Made by a program: the position numbers and the translations under genes. The notes below the pieces were generated by a model. That model was not told where the DNA came from. It ran no database searches and saw only the letters and a list, made by a program, of their open reading frames with translations. From Octopus vulgaris (lineage: Eukaryota), in NCBI GenBank assembly GCA_951406725.2, contig OX597815.1, positions 187,240,001 through 187,304,000 of the forward strand: a stretch of DNA of 64,000 nucleotides, written 5' to 3'. Numbering within the stretch: position 1 is the stretch's first letter; the number at the start of each line of letters is the position of its first letter. Positions 51,950-64,000 of this stretch are shown one piece after another.

Positions 51950-52420
51950 TTAACCCTTTCATTACTGTATTTATTTTGAGATGCTTTGTGTTTCTTTCAA
52001 TTATTTTAAATATAACAAAGAATTTAGTAAAATAACTTAGTTATCATTAAGCTAGTGTTAGGAACATAAATTGTGATTAAGGTTTGGTGGAAGATTTTAA
52101 TTCAAAACTTATGAAAATAGGACATTTCTACTACAGAGCCAGAAGCAGTTTCAGCTGGGTTGGAAATGAAAGGGTTAAATTAATCATTTGTTAACCCTTT
52201 TGTTACCATAATTCTGTTGAGATGTTCAGTGTTTCTTTCAATTAATTTTAAGTATAACAAAGGATTTAGTAAGATAACTTAGTTATCATTAAGCTAGTGT
52301 TAGGAACATAAATTGTGACTAAGGTTTAGTAGAAGATTTTAATTAAAACCTTATGAAAACAAGACATTTGTACAACAGAGCCAGAGCCGGTTTCAGCCAG
52401 GTTGGTAACGAAAGGATTAA
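51950..52420 (+). mobile_element. piggyBac-like MITE heterodimer with 12-bp spacer, inserted into the TTAA of a family B SINE
   Basis: Units 51950-52178 and 52191-52420; spacer ATTAATCATTTG; SINE ...GTAATTGAC-TTAA-[element]-TTAA-TCCCTTC. Confidence 0.9.
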
Positions 52421-52488
52421 TCCCTTCACCCAAATTTGAGGCCATGTGCTTCCAGTAGAAAGAACTAGTGTGTGTGTGTGTGTGTGTG

Positions 52489-52866
52489 AAGGATCTTCAG
52501 ATGATGGGCCTCACTGAGAAAATGACCTGGGATCGTGAGTTGTGGCGATTTGCTGTATTTGATAAGATATGTCAAGCTAAGTAAAATCACTGTCATCCAT
52601 ACATGCAGGCATGGTTTTTACAGGTGCTGGTGCCACATGAAATGCACTCATCCTGGTGCTGCATAAATGCACCCATGCAAGTGGCATGTATAAAATACCC
52701 AGCAGACTCTGTTAAGTGGTTGGTATTAGGAAGGGCATCCAGCCATAGAAACCATGCCACAACAGACAATTGGAGCCTGGACAGTTCCTCAGCTGACCAG
52801 CTCCTGTCAAGCCATCCAACACATGCCAGCAGGGAAAATGAACAATAAACAATGTTGATGATGATC
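52489..52866 (+). mobile_element. RTE LINE 3' end (last codons plus short 3' UTR)
   Basis: KDLQMMGLTEKMTWDRELWRFAVFDK* followed by the shared AGGAAGGGCATCCAGC...(GAT)n end. Confidence 0.75.
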
Positions 52867-53252
52867 ATGTATGTATGCATAAAAACAATGAATGCGCCCT
52901 TTTAAAAGCCTAGCCAGGCTCATGGGCCTGGTTTCCTGGTTTCAATGGCGTATGTGTTCCCCAGCTGGACGGGACGCCAGTCCATCGCAGCGTTACTCAT
53001 TTTTGCCAGCTGACTGGACTGAAGCAATGTGAAATGAAGTGTTTTGCTCAAGAACACAATGAGTCGCCTGGTCCAGGAATTGAAACCACAATCTTACGAT
53101 CATGGTGCTGACACCCTAACCATTAAGCCACGTGCCTCCACGCATATGTGTGCATGTATGTATGTATGTATGTAGGTATGCATGTATGTATGCATGCATG
53201 TATGCATGTGTGTATGTATGTATGCATGTATGTATGTCTTTATGTATGTATG

Positions 53253-53286
<34 letters not shown>

Positions 53287-53325
53287 GGTAGGTATGTATG
53301 TAGGTAGATAGGTAGGTAGGTATGC

Positions 53326-53590
53326 ATTTCAGCCCGTGGCTGGGAATTCTTTGCCTCTGACCGTGACACCTGGCGTCCAGCTGTCCAAAAGGGTGTTAGG
53401 CTGTTCAAGGAAAAGTGCCTAAAGAGCCTGGACCAGAAGTGACAAGCCCAAAAAGAGAAGGGGTCCCCAACTCTACTTCTGACGTTACATGCTCAAAATG
53501 TGGCTGCATTTGTGTGTCTGCCTTTAGGTTCCGCTCCCACCTCCAGTGTCACTGATGTCATTGTCAAACCCCGACAGACTTCCATTATTA
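53326..53590 (+). pseudogene. RTE-BovB-like LINE 3' fragment with terminal C2H2 knuckle
   Basis: WEFFASDRDTWRPAVQKGV.LF... then CSKCGCIC.SAFRFRSHLQCH*. Confidence 0.7.
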
Positions 53591-54058
53591 TATTAGGCAT
53601 GTATGTATGCATGCATATATGCATGTGTGTATGTACATGTATGTATGTATGTATGTATGTATGTATGTATGTATGTATGTATGTATGTATGTATGTATGT
53701 ATATATATATATATATATATATATAGATATAGATATAGACAACTGTGGGTGTGGTGGTTAAGAGTTTGTTCTTTCTGCAATGATTTAGCTTGCAGTTAAG
53801 TTCCATTGCATGGTACTTAGGCCAGCTGTCTTCTACAATAACCATGAGACCATGAGATGATCAATGCTGATGTGAATAAATTTAATAAATGGAGACTGAA
53901 GTCTATTATGTATTTTCATATTATATATATATAATAGAAAAGAGTGAAAAAACTACAGAAGGCTAGTTTTATAAGGTTAAACAAGCCTTCTGTGTTTTTT
54001 TCACTTTTTTCTATTTTCTATATATCCAACCACGTGCTTTCACACACCAACTTTCTCA

Positions 54059-54104
<46 letters not shown>

Positions 54105-54794
54105 AATACATATACATATACATATACATATATATATACATATAAATAATATATATAATATAAATAATATATGAATATATGCATGTGTACATACCTACAT
54201 ATATATGTATATATACATGCATATATGGGTACAGGACATATATATATATTAAAATACTGAGGGTAGAATTTGATATCAATCAATTAACATCAATTTAAAC
54301 CAGTTGTCTGGCATATTCAAAAAATTCCAAAGATTTAAAAATTATATTACAATTAATAAGAGGAATAACCACTAGAATTTAATTGTATATTATATATATG
54401 TGCACACACATATTTTTGAATGATATTGTGGCTGTGTGGTTAGAACCTTGCATCCCAACCATATGGTTCAAGGTTCAGACCCACTATGTGACACCTTGGG
54501 CAAGTGTCTTCTACTGTAACCTCAGGCCAACCAAAGCCTAGTGAGTGGATTTGGTAGACAGAAATGCCTGTATCTTTATGTCTGTGTTTGTGTCCCACCA
54601 CCACTTGATGTATTGGTGAGTTTATGACCCCTGTAACTCAGCAGTTCAGCAAAAGAGACCTATAGAATAAGTAGCAGGCTTAAGAAACAAGCAAGCACCG
54701 AGGTTGATTCATTTGACTGAAACAAATTGTTCAAGGCGGTGCCTCATCCTGGCTGCAGTCTGAAGACGGAACGAAGCAAAAGATAAAACACATG

Positions 54795-55360
54795 CAGCAA
54801 TTCCTCACTATATCGTGGTTTATAATTTAAGTTTACACTCTATATATAAAGCTGAAGTTGTCTGTGTATGGCAGGTTTAGTAGCCTCCAACTAACACTAT
54901 CTCCTCCGAGACCCTGCGACGCAAGTTGACCAAAATTGAATGTATGATAGAAGAAGGCTTGCTCTTCCTTCTGTAGAAGAAAAAATTCAAATCTGACCAT
55001 GTTAACACCAAAAATTATTTACATCAAAAAGATGCTTTTTTTCTATGAAAATCCCTATTTTTTTACGATCTTTTTGACTGCTGTGTCACCATTTTTCGGT
55101 GTATTTCAACCAGAAAAATATTCACTTAAAGAGAATAACAAGCTACATAATGCAAATTTTTACTTTTCAAAAATTCCAATTCTAAAGGGTCGAAACAAAC
55201 CCAAGCAATGCCAGGCGATATTGCTAGTAATAAAATAAATATATACAACTTATAAAAATAATGAAAAAAATATACCGTACAGTACTGTTTCTAATTCATG
55301 GATTTTCACTATCGCAGGGGGTTTTGGAACGTAATACCCATGATAGTCGAGGGATCATTG
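54795..55360. mobile_element. Tigger/pogo-like MITE hosting a Helitron
   Basis: Imperfect TIRs CAGCAATTCCTCACTATATCGTGG / CCATGATAGTCGAGGGATCATTG-TA. Confidence 0.6.
54839..55227 (+). mobile_element. Non-autonomous Helitron (family H1)
   Basis: TCTATATATAAAG...CCCAAGCAATGCCAGG...CTAG|T; homologous to the copies at 33189 and 46599. Confidence 0.85.
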
Positions 55361-55852
55361 TATATGAGAATTTGTTCATTGCAAGTTGAAATTGTAGTCA
55401 AGAATTTTTGAGCGAATGTGTTACATACTCACAACTAAATATCATAGATGAAATGAAGGTAATTAATTTAGCATTAATTATCTATTGTATAAAATGCAAA
55501 ATATGTGATATCTCTTTAAGCGCATCTGATATTGATAATTTAAATTCCTTTTCTTTTTGACAAAAATCCTAAACAGAATGAACGATAGATTTGTAGAAGA
55601 ATTCTCATTTTAATTCCCAGTTAGTTTTTTTCCTGACAAATGTTAAATATTGAACAATTTATTTTTAAAATGAAATCCTTTAAAAGTAATTATGAATGTA
55701 CAGGTGTCTCTCTGTGTGGCTAAGAAGCTTGCTTTCCCATCGTGTGGTCTTAGGTTCAGTTCCCCTGCATGACTCTTTGGGAAATTGTCTTCTGTTATAG
55801 CCCCAGGCTGACCAAAGCCTCATAAGAGGATTTGGTAGATGGAAGACTGCCT

Positions 55853-55888
<36 letters not shown>

Positions 55889-55960
55889 GGTCCTGCATTC
55901 AGGACCCACATCTCACTACTACATAGAATCGTTGTTCATATACAAGCATCATACATATGT

Positions 55961-56014
<54 letters not shown>

Positions 56015-57097
56015 ATGTATATATATACTTAGATAACATAGATAACTTAGATATGTTTCAGCCAAAGAGTGGTTCAGGCTATGTCTAACTTATAAACTTT
56101 AACTAAGATATGATTTGTTAAATGGCGGCTTGGTGGTTGGTGGTGTTAGGAAAGGTATCCAGCTGTAAAAACCCAGTCAAAATAGACACAGAAGTCTGGT
56201 GCAGGCTCCCACTTGGTCAGCTCCTGTCAAACTGTAGTCTAACTGCATGCCAGCATGGAAGGCAGACATTAAACGAGGGGGAGGGGAGGAGGGGAGGAGG
56301 AGGAAGATTGAAGAGGATAAATATGTGTGTTTGTGTGTGTATGCGATGAAGGTGAATGAAATTACTGAAATTGCAAGTTTTTAGAGCTGGCAGATTCAGT
56401 GAAATGGTTTCAATTCTAGCAAGCAGCTAATTTTTAGCAATGCAGCAGAACTAGGCCAATGATCAGGTCATTCACATTCAACGAACTCTTAAACCAATGA
56501 AAAGTGATTATAATAGATTCTGTGAATTGTTAAAGGGCAAAAAAATTGAGTCTTCTACAATATACTTTCTTTGGCTTCAACAGTTAACTCTCAGATCATG
56601 TCGCTTGCCAAACAAACACAATTCCAAAAGTTTATTTTCACTTATATCACTAATATTTTTGATACAGGCCTGGATATAATTCAATTTCCCTTCTATAAAT
56701 CTGCAGTATTTTTTTCCTTTAGAAGATGAAAGATAGAAAAATAAATGATTAAAGAGTAAAATTATTTTGATAAAAAAAAATACAAATCCCTGCTTGACAG
56801 TAAGATAAACTAACTGTAATAAAATTGAAGGCGGAAATGAAGCTAAAATGTGACTGAATAATAGACTTAATAATAGCTATTAATAGTATTCGTTAAAAGC
56901 CTCTTAAGTAAAACAGGACATAATGACATTTGGGTAAATAAATATGTCAATACATTGAACATTTTTAATCTCTTGGTCTTTTGTGAGAGAAACCAGTCAT
57001 AGAATATTAGCAAACATACGTATATTTATATATATACACATACATTCATATACATATACATACATACATACATACATACATACATACATACATACAA

Positions 57098-57128
<31 letters not shown>

Positions 57129-57162
57129 CATATATTCATATATACATACATACCTATATATA

Positions 57163-57205
<43 letters not shown>

Positions 57206-57292
57206 GTAAGTATGTATATATGAATATGTATATATATATTTATATATATATATGTATATAAGTATGTATGAATGTATATATGAACACACACA

Positions 57293-57410
<118 letters not shown>

Positions 57411-57983
57411 TAGGGATACAGGAATGAGAATGAGACTAGACAGGTGTTCAAAGTTGTTGGAGGAGAGGTAGTATAAATAAGATAACTTAAGTGGGTCTAC
57501 AACATAAATTTGGATAAGTTGTAAAGGAGGAAGTGAGGGATGTACTAAATGACTTCAGTGACAGAATCCTGAAATAAAATTTTCATTTTTAGTTGGGAAG
57601 TGAAAACAAAATCAAAAATAGTAACTCTGCAAAAAAAAAAGAAAATGAAGGATAAAGAAAAAAATGAAAAGAAATGGAAAAGGAAACAGTTGTAAGAAAG
57701 TAAAAATTAAACTCACTACTTAAATTTTGGCATTGTGAGAAAAAGCTGAGTTTCTAGGAGACAACTATGAGCATATTTTGCTTTTATTGGGACTCAACAG
57801 CATAACACACACACACACACACATATATATGTATATATATATATATATACATATATATACATACATACAAAACAGATTCAGAAGCCTGGTATAGTCTTCT
57901 ACCTGGCTGGTTCCTGTGAAACCATCCAATCCATGCCAGCATAGAAGGCAGACGTTAAACGATGATGTTAATAAACATATATG

Positions 57984-58036
<53 letters not shown>

Positions 58037-58151
58037 GTATTTATATATATATGTATATATAGGAAAAAATGCAACAAGAATGGATTAAAATCTCGGTACG
58101 ATCGTTTCGTACGAGGACATCTTTAATAAGCTACAAAAAATGCAGTGAATA

Positions 58152-58210
<59 letters not shown>

Positions 58211-58481
58211 GTGTATATATATAAATTGAATTAAATGTTAAAAACCTCATTAGGGGATAATTAAAATCCAATGATTATACTGGTTTATTACCTATTACAA
58301 AAAGTATTGAATATTACATTTAGTATTCAACTGTAAGGTAATTGGATAAATCGGGGTTTATATATAGTTAAGAAAAATAGGAAAATAGAGATACTTAAAT
58401 TAATATATATATATTTAGCCTCAGTAAGTCATAAATCCAAAAGAGAAGCGCACTCAAAGTTAAAGAGCAGTAGAGTAACAA

Positions 58482-58540
58482 GGGTCTAAAGAAATGCCAT
58501 AAAGCTAAGCGGTTTATGGACATGAAACCCAGGGTAACCC
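58482..58540 (+). ncRNA. Type I hammerhead ribozyme-like motif (G5A variant)
   Basis: GGGT-CTAAAGA-A-ATG CCATAAA..TTTATGG A CAT-GAAA-CCC A GGG-TA-ACCC: all three stems pair. Confidence 0.65.
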
Positions 58541-58766
58541 CATAGACTGGCCATAACTATCTTTATCTAATTATACATACATACATGTATAATTTGTAAC
58601 CACACAATTATACCTGCATCTATTTCTCTCCCCACCTCTCTCTCTCTCTATATATATATATACCGGAGTAAACACATAAATGTGAAACAAGGTGGAAAAA
58701 AGAATACTCATATACCAGGGGTAGAGTAATATGCTTTATTTAAAAGCAGCAGAAATTCAACAAAAC

Positions 58767-58804
58767 CTGTTACTCTGAGTTTCACGTTCCCGTTCGTTGG
58801 ACAG
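58767..58804 (-). ncRNA. Minimal hammerhead-like motif, left arm
   Basis: CTGT-CCAACGA-ACG GGAA CGT-GAAA-CTC A GAG-TA-ACAG. Confidence 0.5.
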
Positions 58805-58827
58805 TTTTTGTTCTATTTTAACAAAAA

Positions 58828-58865
58828 CTGTCCGACGAATGGGAACATGAAACTCAGAGTAACAG
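58828..58865 (+). ncRNA. Minimal hammerhead-like motif (U4C variant), right arm
   Basis: CTGT-CCGACGA-ATG GGAA CAT-GAAA-CTC A GAG-TA-ACAG; stem I extends with AAAA/TTTT. Confidence 0.62.
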
Positions 58866-58914
58866 GTTTTGTTGAATTTCTGCTGCTTTTAAATAAAGTA
58901 TATATATATATATA

Positions 58915-59421
58915 CTAGCAGTATCGCCCGGCGTTGCTCGGGTTTGTAAGGGAAATAACTATATAAGCATTTTTAGAGAGTTACTTCCCTTATAAATTCG
59001 GGCTTTCTTAGCCATTTTTGTTTTGGTATCTTCAAGCCATGAAGTCGTTGTTCTAAAAGAATGCTGGTTTCCTTCACAACGCATTACGACGTTGATTTCT
59101 TTACACTCCCTTCCCCACAGCTTCACGAGGGAGGGAAGGGGGAGAAGCAAACAGGTGCAGCTGTGAGCGTGGACGCCAACTCCGCCGCCATCGACACACG
59201 ATGCATTTTATGCATTAAAATGGAATAAAAAATGATGTTAAATTATTTTTAAAATCGTAGACTCATCGTTGACGCGCGCTAATAGTCAGACAGGCTCGAT
59301 ATGAATCACGACTATAAGATACCCGAATCTGGTTAAACTGCACCGCAAAATGTGGGAGGAGTTAGGAATCTAAATCGAAGGGGACAGACACTTCACACAA
59401 CTAGAGTTTTATATATATAGA
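58915..59421 (-). mobile_element. Non-autonomous Helitron (family H2)
   Basis: a|TCTATATATATAAAA...CCCGAGCAACGCCGGG hairpin CGATACTG CTAG|t; CpG-rich, so probably young. Confidence 0.85.
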
Positions 59422-59556
59422 TATACTCTTTACTCTTTTACTTGTTTCAGTCATTTGACTGCGGCTATGCTGGAGCACCGCCTTTACTCGAGCAAATCGA
59501 CCCCAGGACTTATTCTTTGTAAGCCCAGTACTTATTCTATCGGTCTCTTTTGCCGA

Positions 59557-59589
<33 letters not shown>

Positions 59590-59599
59590 AATCAAATAT

Positions 59600-59632
<33 letters not shown>

Positions 59633-59636
<4 letters not shown>

Positions 59637-59842
59637 CAAATATAAAATATAAAATATAAATTACAAAGTGGGACAAGAACGCAAAAACACACAAAGAGAT
59701 GACACAAAAAAACAGACGGGTCACTCGAAGCCTCTAATCTTCAGTCGGAACCGGATCATCTGTTTTTTCGTGTCGTCTCTTTGTGTGTTTTTGCGTTCTT
59801 GTCCCACTTTGTAATTTATATTTTATATTTTATATTTGATTT
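59633..59842. repeat. 84-bp inverted repeat with a 42-nt loop, within (TA)n
   Basis: Arms 59633-59716 and 59759-59842. Confidence 0.9.
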
Positions 59843-60358
59843 CTATATATATATTAAGGCGGCGTAACGTACCCCTATCTCCTATGTATACATTATATAT
59901 ATATATATATATATGTGCATACACACACTTTGTTAAATAACATTTTAAGGATGGGTGTGTATATGATTCAGTTTATTGCTGACCTAATCATTACTTTCTT
60001 GAAGTTTTCTACTAATTTGACTGCACAACCAATAAAGAAGTGTTCTTTCCATTCAAATTCTCTTCATTTTTCCTTCCTTTTTTTCTTTCCTCCTTCTAAA
60101 TTTCTGCTTTGTATGCCCCTACTTCCTTTAACTCTCTATATATAAATATATGTATGTATATGTATGTATGTATACATGTGTGTGTGTGTATATGTGTGTA
60201 TGTATGTGTGTGTGTATACAGCTGTGCATTATGCAATAGAAAGTGGACTCAGGAGTCATACAAGGGCCTCACGTTACATCAACAATGACTCATTTCAGCA
60301 ATTCTTTCCAGCAAGGCTTAGCTCATATACAAGAAAGCTGCTAAGATACATATATGTA

Positions 60359-60437
<79 letters not shown>

Positions 60438-60440
<3 letters not shown>

Positions 60441-61260
60441 GGAGGGTGAAAAGTAAGTAGGCATCAAAAATTGGTAATAAAATCCATATTTCTTTTACAA
60501 ATTTGTTGAAGCAAATGATACATGTTCTTTCTTACAAGGGAAAATGAAAGTAAATCTTCATATTTCAACATAAGCACCGGTGGTGTCAACCATTTCTTCA
60601 AACGGCCAGGGATGGAATGAACAACCCTCTGAAGGGCATCGTCTGGGATATCATTAAGAACCTCTTGAATCCGTGTCTCTAAGTCCTCCAGTGTGCAAGG
60701 TTTTGTCTTGGACATCTCTTCTTTTGTGTAACCCCACAGGTAAAAATCATTTGAGTGAGATCTGGACTTCTTGGAGGCCAGTCATGATGTCCACATCGTC
60801 CCCTCCAGCATCCTGAAAAATGTTGGTCTAGCCACACATGCACAGTAAGAGCAAAATGGGATGGTGCACCATCCTTCATGAATATCAGGTCACCAATATT
60901 ATCCCAGCCAGACACCATTGGCCACATGTAATTTTTGAGCATCTGAAGATAGCGATCTGTATACATGGTCTCACACAGAAGATATGGGATGACAACACTT
61001 GTTGCTGTCATTCTGTGTCACACGGTCACTTTTGGTTGAGCTTGCATCCTCTCAGCCAACTTGTTTAGATCATTATCACATGACACCCAATAATGGCAGT
61101 TGTGACGATTGATGAAACCACCAGCATGGAATGCAGCCTCATCATTCCAGAGGTTGTTTTCAAACAATTCAGGCCAATTTTCATGGCAACCTAGCATTAA
61201 CTCTCCATATTGTCTTTGTTTTAATGTCTTCTTTTCCATATTTGCATGGGTCATATGGAG
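60438..61260 (-). pseudogene. Frameshifted Tc1/mariner-superfamily transposase with one TIR
   Basis: WNDEAAFH..G.INRHN..YW, FMKDGAPSH, WPPRSPDLT, TLEDLETRI across three frames; TA-CAGGG end at 60438. Confidence 0.85.
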
Positions 61261-61299
61261 TTATTAAAGCAGATTATCTATACACAGTTGCCCTTTTTG

Positions 61300-62090
61300 C
61301 CATCAGTGGCATATAAAAAGCACCATTTGAGCATGGCTGATGCCAGTGTCGATGGCACATAAAAAGTACCATTTGAGTGTGGTTGATGCCAATGCTGCCT
61401 AACTGGCTCCTGTGCCTGTGGCACATAAAAACCACCATTCAAATGTGGTTGATGCCAGTGCTGCCTGACTAGCCCCCATGTCAGTGGCACATAAGAAGCA
61501 CTTGCTACACTTTCGGAGTGGTTGGCATCTGGAAGGGCATCCAGCTGTAAAAACCTTGCTAGATCAAACTGGAGCGTAGTGCAGCCTCCTGGCTTACCAG
61601 TCCTCAGTCAAACCATCCAACCCATGCCAGCACAGAAAGCAGATGTTAAACGATGAGGATAATCATATGAATGTATGTATATGTGCATGTATCATCATCA
61701 TCATCATCATCATCATCGTTTAACGTTCGTTTTCCGCGCTAGCACGGTTCGACCGGAGTCTGGGAAGCCAGGGCTGAACCAGGCTCCAGTCTGATCTGGC
61801 AGTGTTTCTACAGCTGGATGCCCTTCCTAACGCCAACCACTCCGCGAGTGTAGTGTGTGCTTTTTACGTGCCACCTGCACAGGTGCCAGGGGGGGGGGTC
61901 TGTCATCGGCCACGATCGGTTGGTGCTTTTAACGTGCCACCGGCACGGAAGCCAGCCGAGGCGGCGCTGGCATCGGCCACGTTCGGATGGTGCTTTTTAT
62001 GTGCCACTGACACAGGTATCACAACTACTATTTCCATTGATATTTGTTTCGATGTTCGTGTACATGCACTTGACTCAACAGGTCTCCTCA
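61300..62090. mobile_element. Two RTE 3'-UTR fragments, tail to tail
   Basis: Plus copy 61300-61660 with repeated GTGGCACATAAAAAGCACC units; minus copy 61691-62090. Confidence 0.75.
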
Positions 62091-62134
62091 TATATGTGTA
62101 TATATATGTATGCATGTATATGTATGTATGCATG

Positions 62135-62166
<32 letters not shown>

Positions 62167-63249
62167 TGTATGTATATGTGGTTGTGTGTTTATGTCTGTG
62201 TTGTTCCCTTGGAATTACTTGACAACCAATGTTGATGTGTTTGAATCAGGGTAACTTAGAAGTTTGGCAAAACAGACTGATAGAATAAGTCCCATGTTTT
62301 AAAAAAGAAATAAGTATTAGGATCTTCAAGGCAGTGCCCCAGCATGGCCACAGTCTAATGAATGATACAAGTAAAAGAACTTTTTTTTCTTAAATTTATT
62401 TGAGTTAACGAGCCATTAAAGAAAGTCACCAATTATCGAATAATCTAAAATTTTAAAAAAAGGTGTAAAATATTTGCAGGGGGTGGGGGGCTTAAGTACC
62501 AGTAGAAGATAGATGCGTAAAAGACATGGACTTTGAAAATTATGAAAACATATAAAAAAAAACATAAAAAAAGTTTAAATGATGCAGAGATTAACAATTT
62601 CATATGCAAAAATTAAAAATAGTAAAGAAAAATTAAAGATAATTATAATAAAACTTAGGGGTTTTATGAATTTGCCAGAGATACTGGAGCAAGTAGATTA
62701 TGAATAAAATTAAAGAAGAAAATGCCAAAATGAAGACAGCCTTACTGAATTTATTAAAAAAGCATGAGAAAGCTTGACCTTACTGTGAAAAGCACTTCTA
62801 AGCAGTCAGACAATAGAACATATTTTTGGTGTCAATAACACAGCTCTTAAGAAACTAGAGCCAGTTTTGTAGTATCTATTATGTACAAACTGTTAAATAC
62901 AACATTTAATTGTTTCTCTGAATTCACAATTGAAGCACTGATTTAGTTTTATTTGCCCATTATTACTATCATATTTTCAGATCTCTATTTTTTTTTTTTA
63001 TTAAACCGATATAGCTGGCCATAAAAAGAAAGATGAAAACAACCTTGTTATTATAAATGAAGTGTTTGAGTACAATAAACAAAATACTTTGTTTATGTGG
63101 CTCTCTTTCTAACCCTCCTCATCCACTCTCACATATTATATACACTATAAATAAATAAATAAATAAATAAATGTGTGTATAACATCACAAGAGCATTCAA
63201 AATCCATGTCACCATCTTGAACAGTATTAATGATTTTTATATGCAGTAA

Positions 63250-63708
63250 GTTTTAAAGATATTAATTTTTAACACTAATGTAAAAGCGGTGTTATTCTAT
63301 GGGGCTGAGACATGGCGAACAACAGTTAAGTCAAATAAGCAAATACAATCATTCATCAACAGATGCTTGCGTAGTATACTTAAAATTAGATGGCCCGAAT
63401 ACACAAGTAATATGGAGCTATGGCAAAGAACAAATGAAGTTTCAATTAGGGAGCAAATATTTAAGAAAAAGTGGAAGTGGATTGGTAGCACAATTAGAAA
63501 AGACACACCAAATGTAGCGAAAAGTGCTTTACAGTGGAATCCGGATGGATATAGAAAGAGAGGTAGGCCTAAGAACTCGTGGCATAGATCAACACAAAAG
63601 GAACTAGAGAAAGGGGGACATTCATGGCAGAGTATAAGTACAGAAGTGAAAAATTATGCGACATGGAATTCAACTATAAGTGGCCTATACTCCGCGTTGG
63701 AGGGCTAA
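63250..63708 (+). pseudogene. RTE LINE RT C-terminal fragment (distinct family)
   Basis: IFNTNVKAVLFYGAETW...FINRCLRSILKIRWP..SNMELW...KWKWIG.T.RK...ALQWNP.G.RKRGRPKNSW. Confidence 0.88.
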
Positions 63709-64000
63709 AGGCAGGAAAAAAAAAGTTTAAAAGCAACGATCTTTCACTCTGAGTACATAAATAAAACAGTGAAAATCAAAGTGAAAAGCAAACAATCACA
63801 GTTTTCGTTTCATAGAAAGAATACTCGTGCCTTACAGTTGTAAAAATTATACCAGCTAAATTCTTGTAAGTAATCCAAGAAGAGACTGTCTGTAGTTCCT
63901 TGCATGATATGACATTCACCTTTGGTAAAACCCCATATCTCTTGTACTCATATATAATCTTTTCTACTCTAGGCACAAAGGCCTGAAATTTTGGGGGAGG

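Larger units (their letters stand above)
58734..58898. repeat. 79-bp inverted repeat with a 7-nt loop
   Basis: Arms 58734-58812 and 58820-58898 differ at three positions. Confidence 0.92.

Noticed and set aside
59717-59758. CTGAAGA on the minus strand in the loop of the palindrome, as a possible hammerhead
   Set aside because: It is followed by GAGT rather than GAAA and I could not build convincing stems II and III
62700-62777. Short coiled-coil-like reading MNKIKEENAKMKTALLNLLKKHEKA
   Set aside because: Only 25 codons in A-rich DNA with no convincing splice signals
63816-63865. Possible plus-strand exon (tttcatag ... gtaagt)
   Set aside because: Weak exon-side donor, two competing acceptors and no recognisable peptide

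Overview
AT-rich, repeat-saturated animal genomic DNA (intronic or intergenic). The SINE repertoire (tRNA-headed CORE-type SINEs, Meta-domain-like SINEs) and microsatellite density suggest an octopus or other cephalopod genome; this is an inference. I see no intact host protein-coding gene, and almost all ORFs in the track are microsatellite or repeat artefacts. Supported content: a tRNA-Phe(GAA) gene with a damaged B box, half a tRNA-Glu, many SINEs, RTE LINE 3' ends, CRE-like and gypsy relics, mariner/Tc1/Tigger/hAT relics, TTAA (piggyBac-like) MITEs and non-autonomous Helitrons. Most notable observations: (1) short (TA)n-associated, often fold-back elements carrying minimal type I hammerhead ribozyme motifs with variant cores, clustered at 58.1-58.9 kb and also at 42.0 kb and 5.9 kb; (2) an ordered heterodimeric TTAA MITE seen four times with a central slot holding either 12 bp or 151 bp; (3) a 4.8-kb block bounded by two near-identical RTE 3' ends and inserted into a minisatellite; (4) several local templated or inverted duplications that preserve empty insertion sites. 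Coordinates were read by eye and repeat boundaries are approximate.
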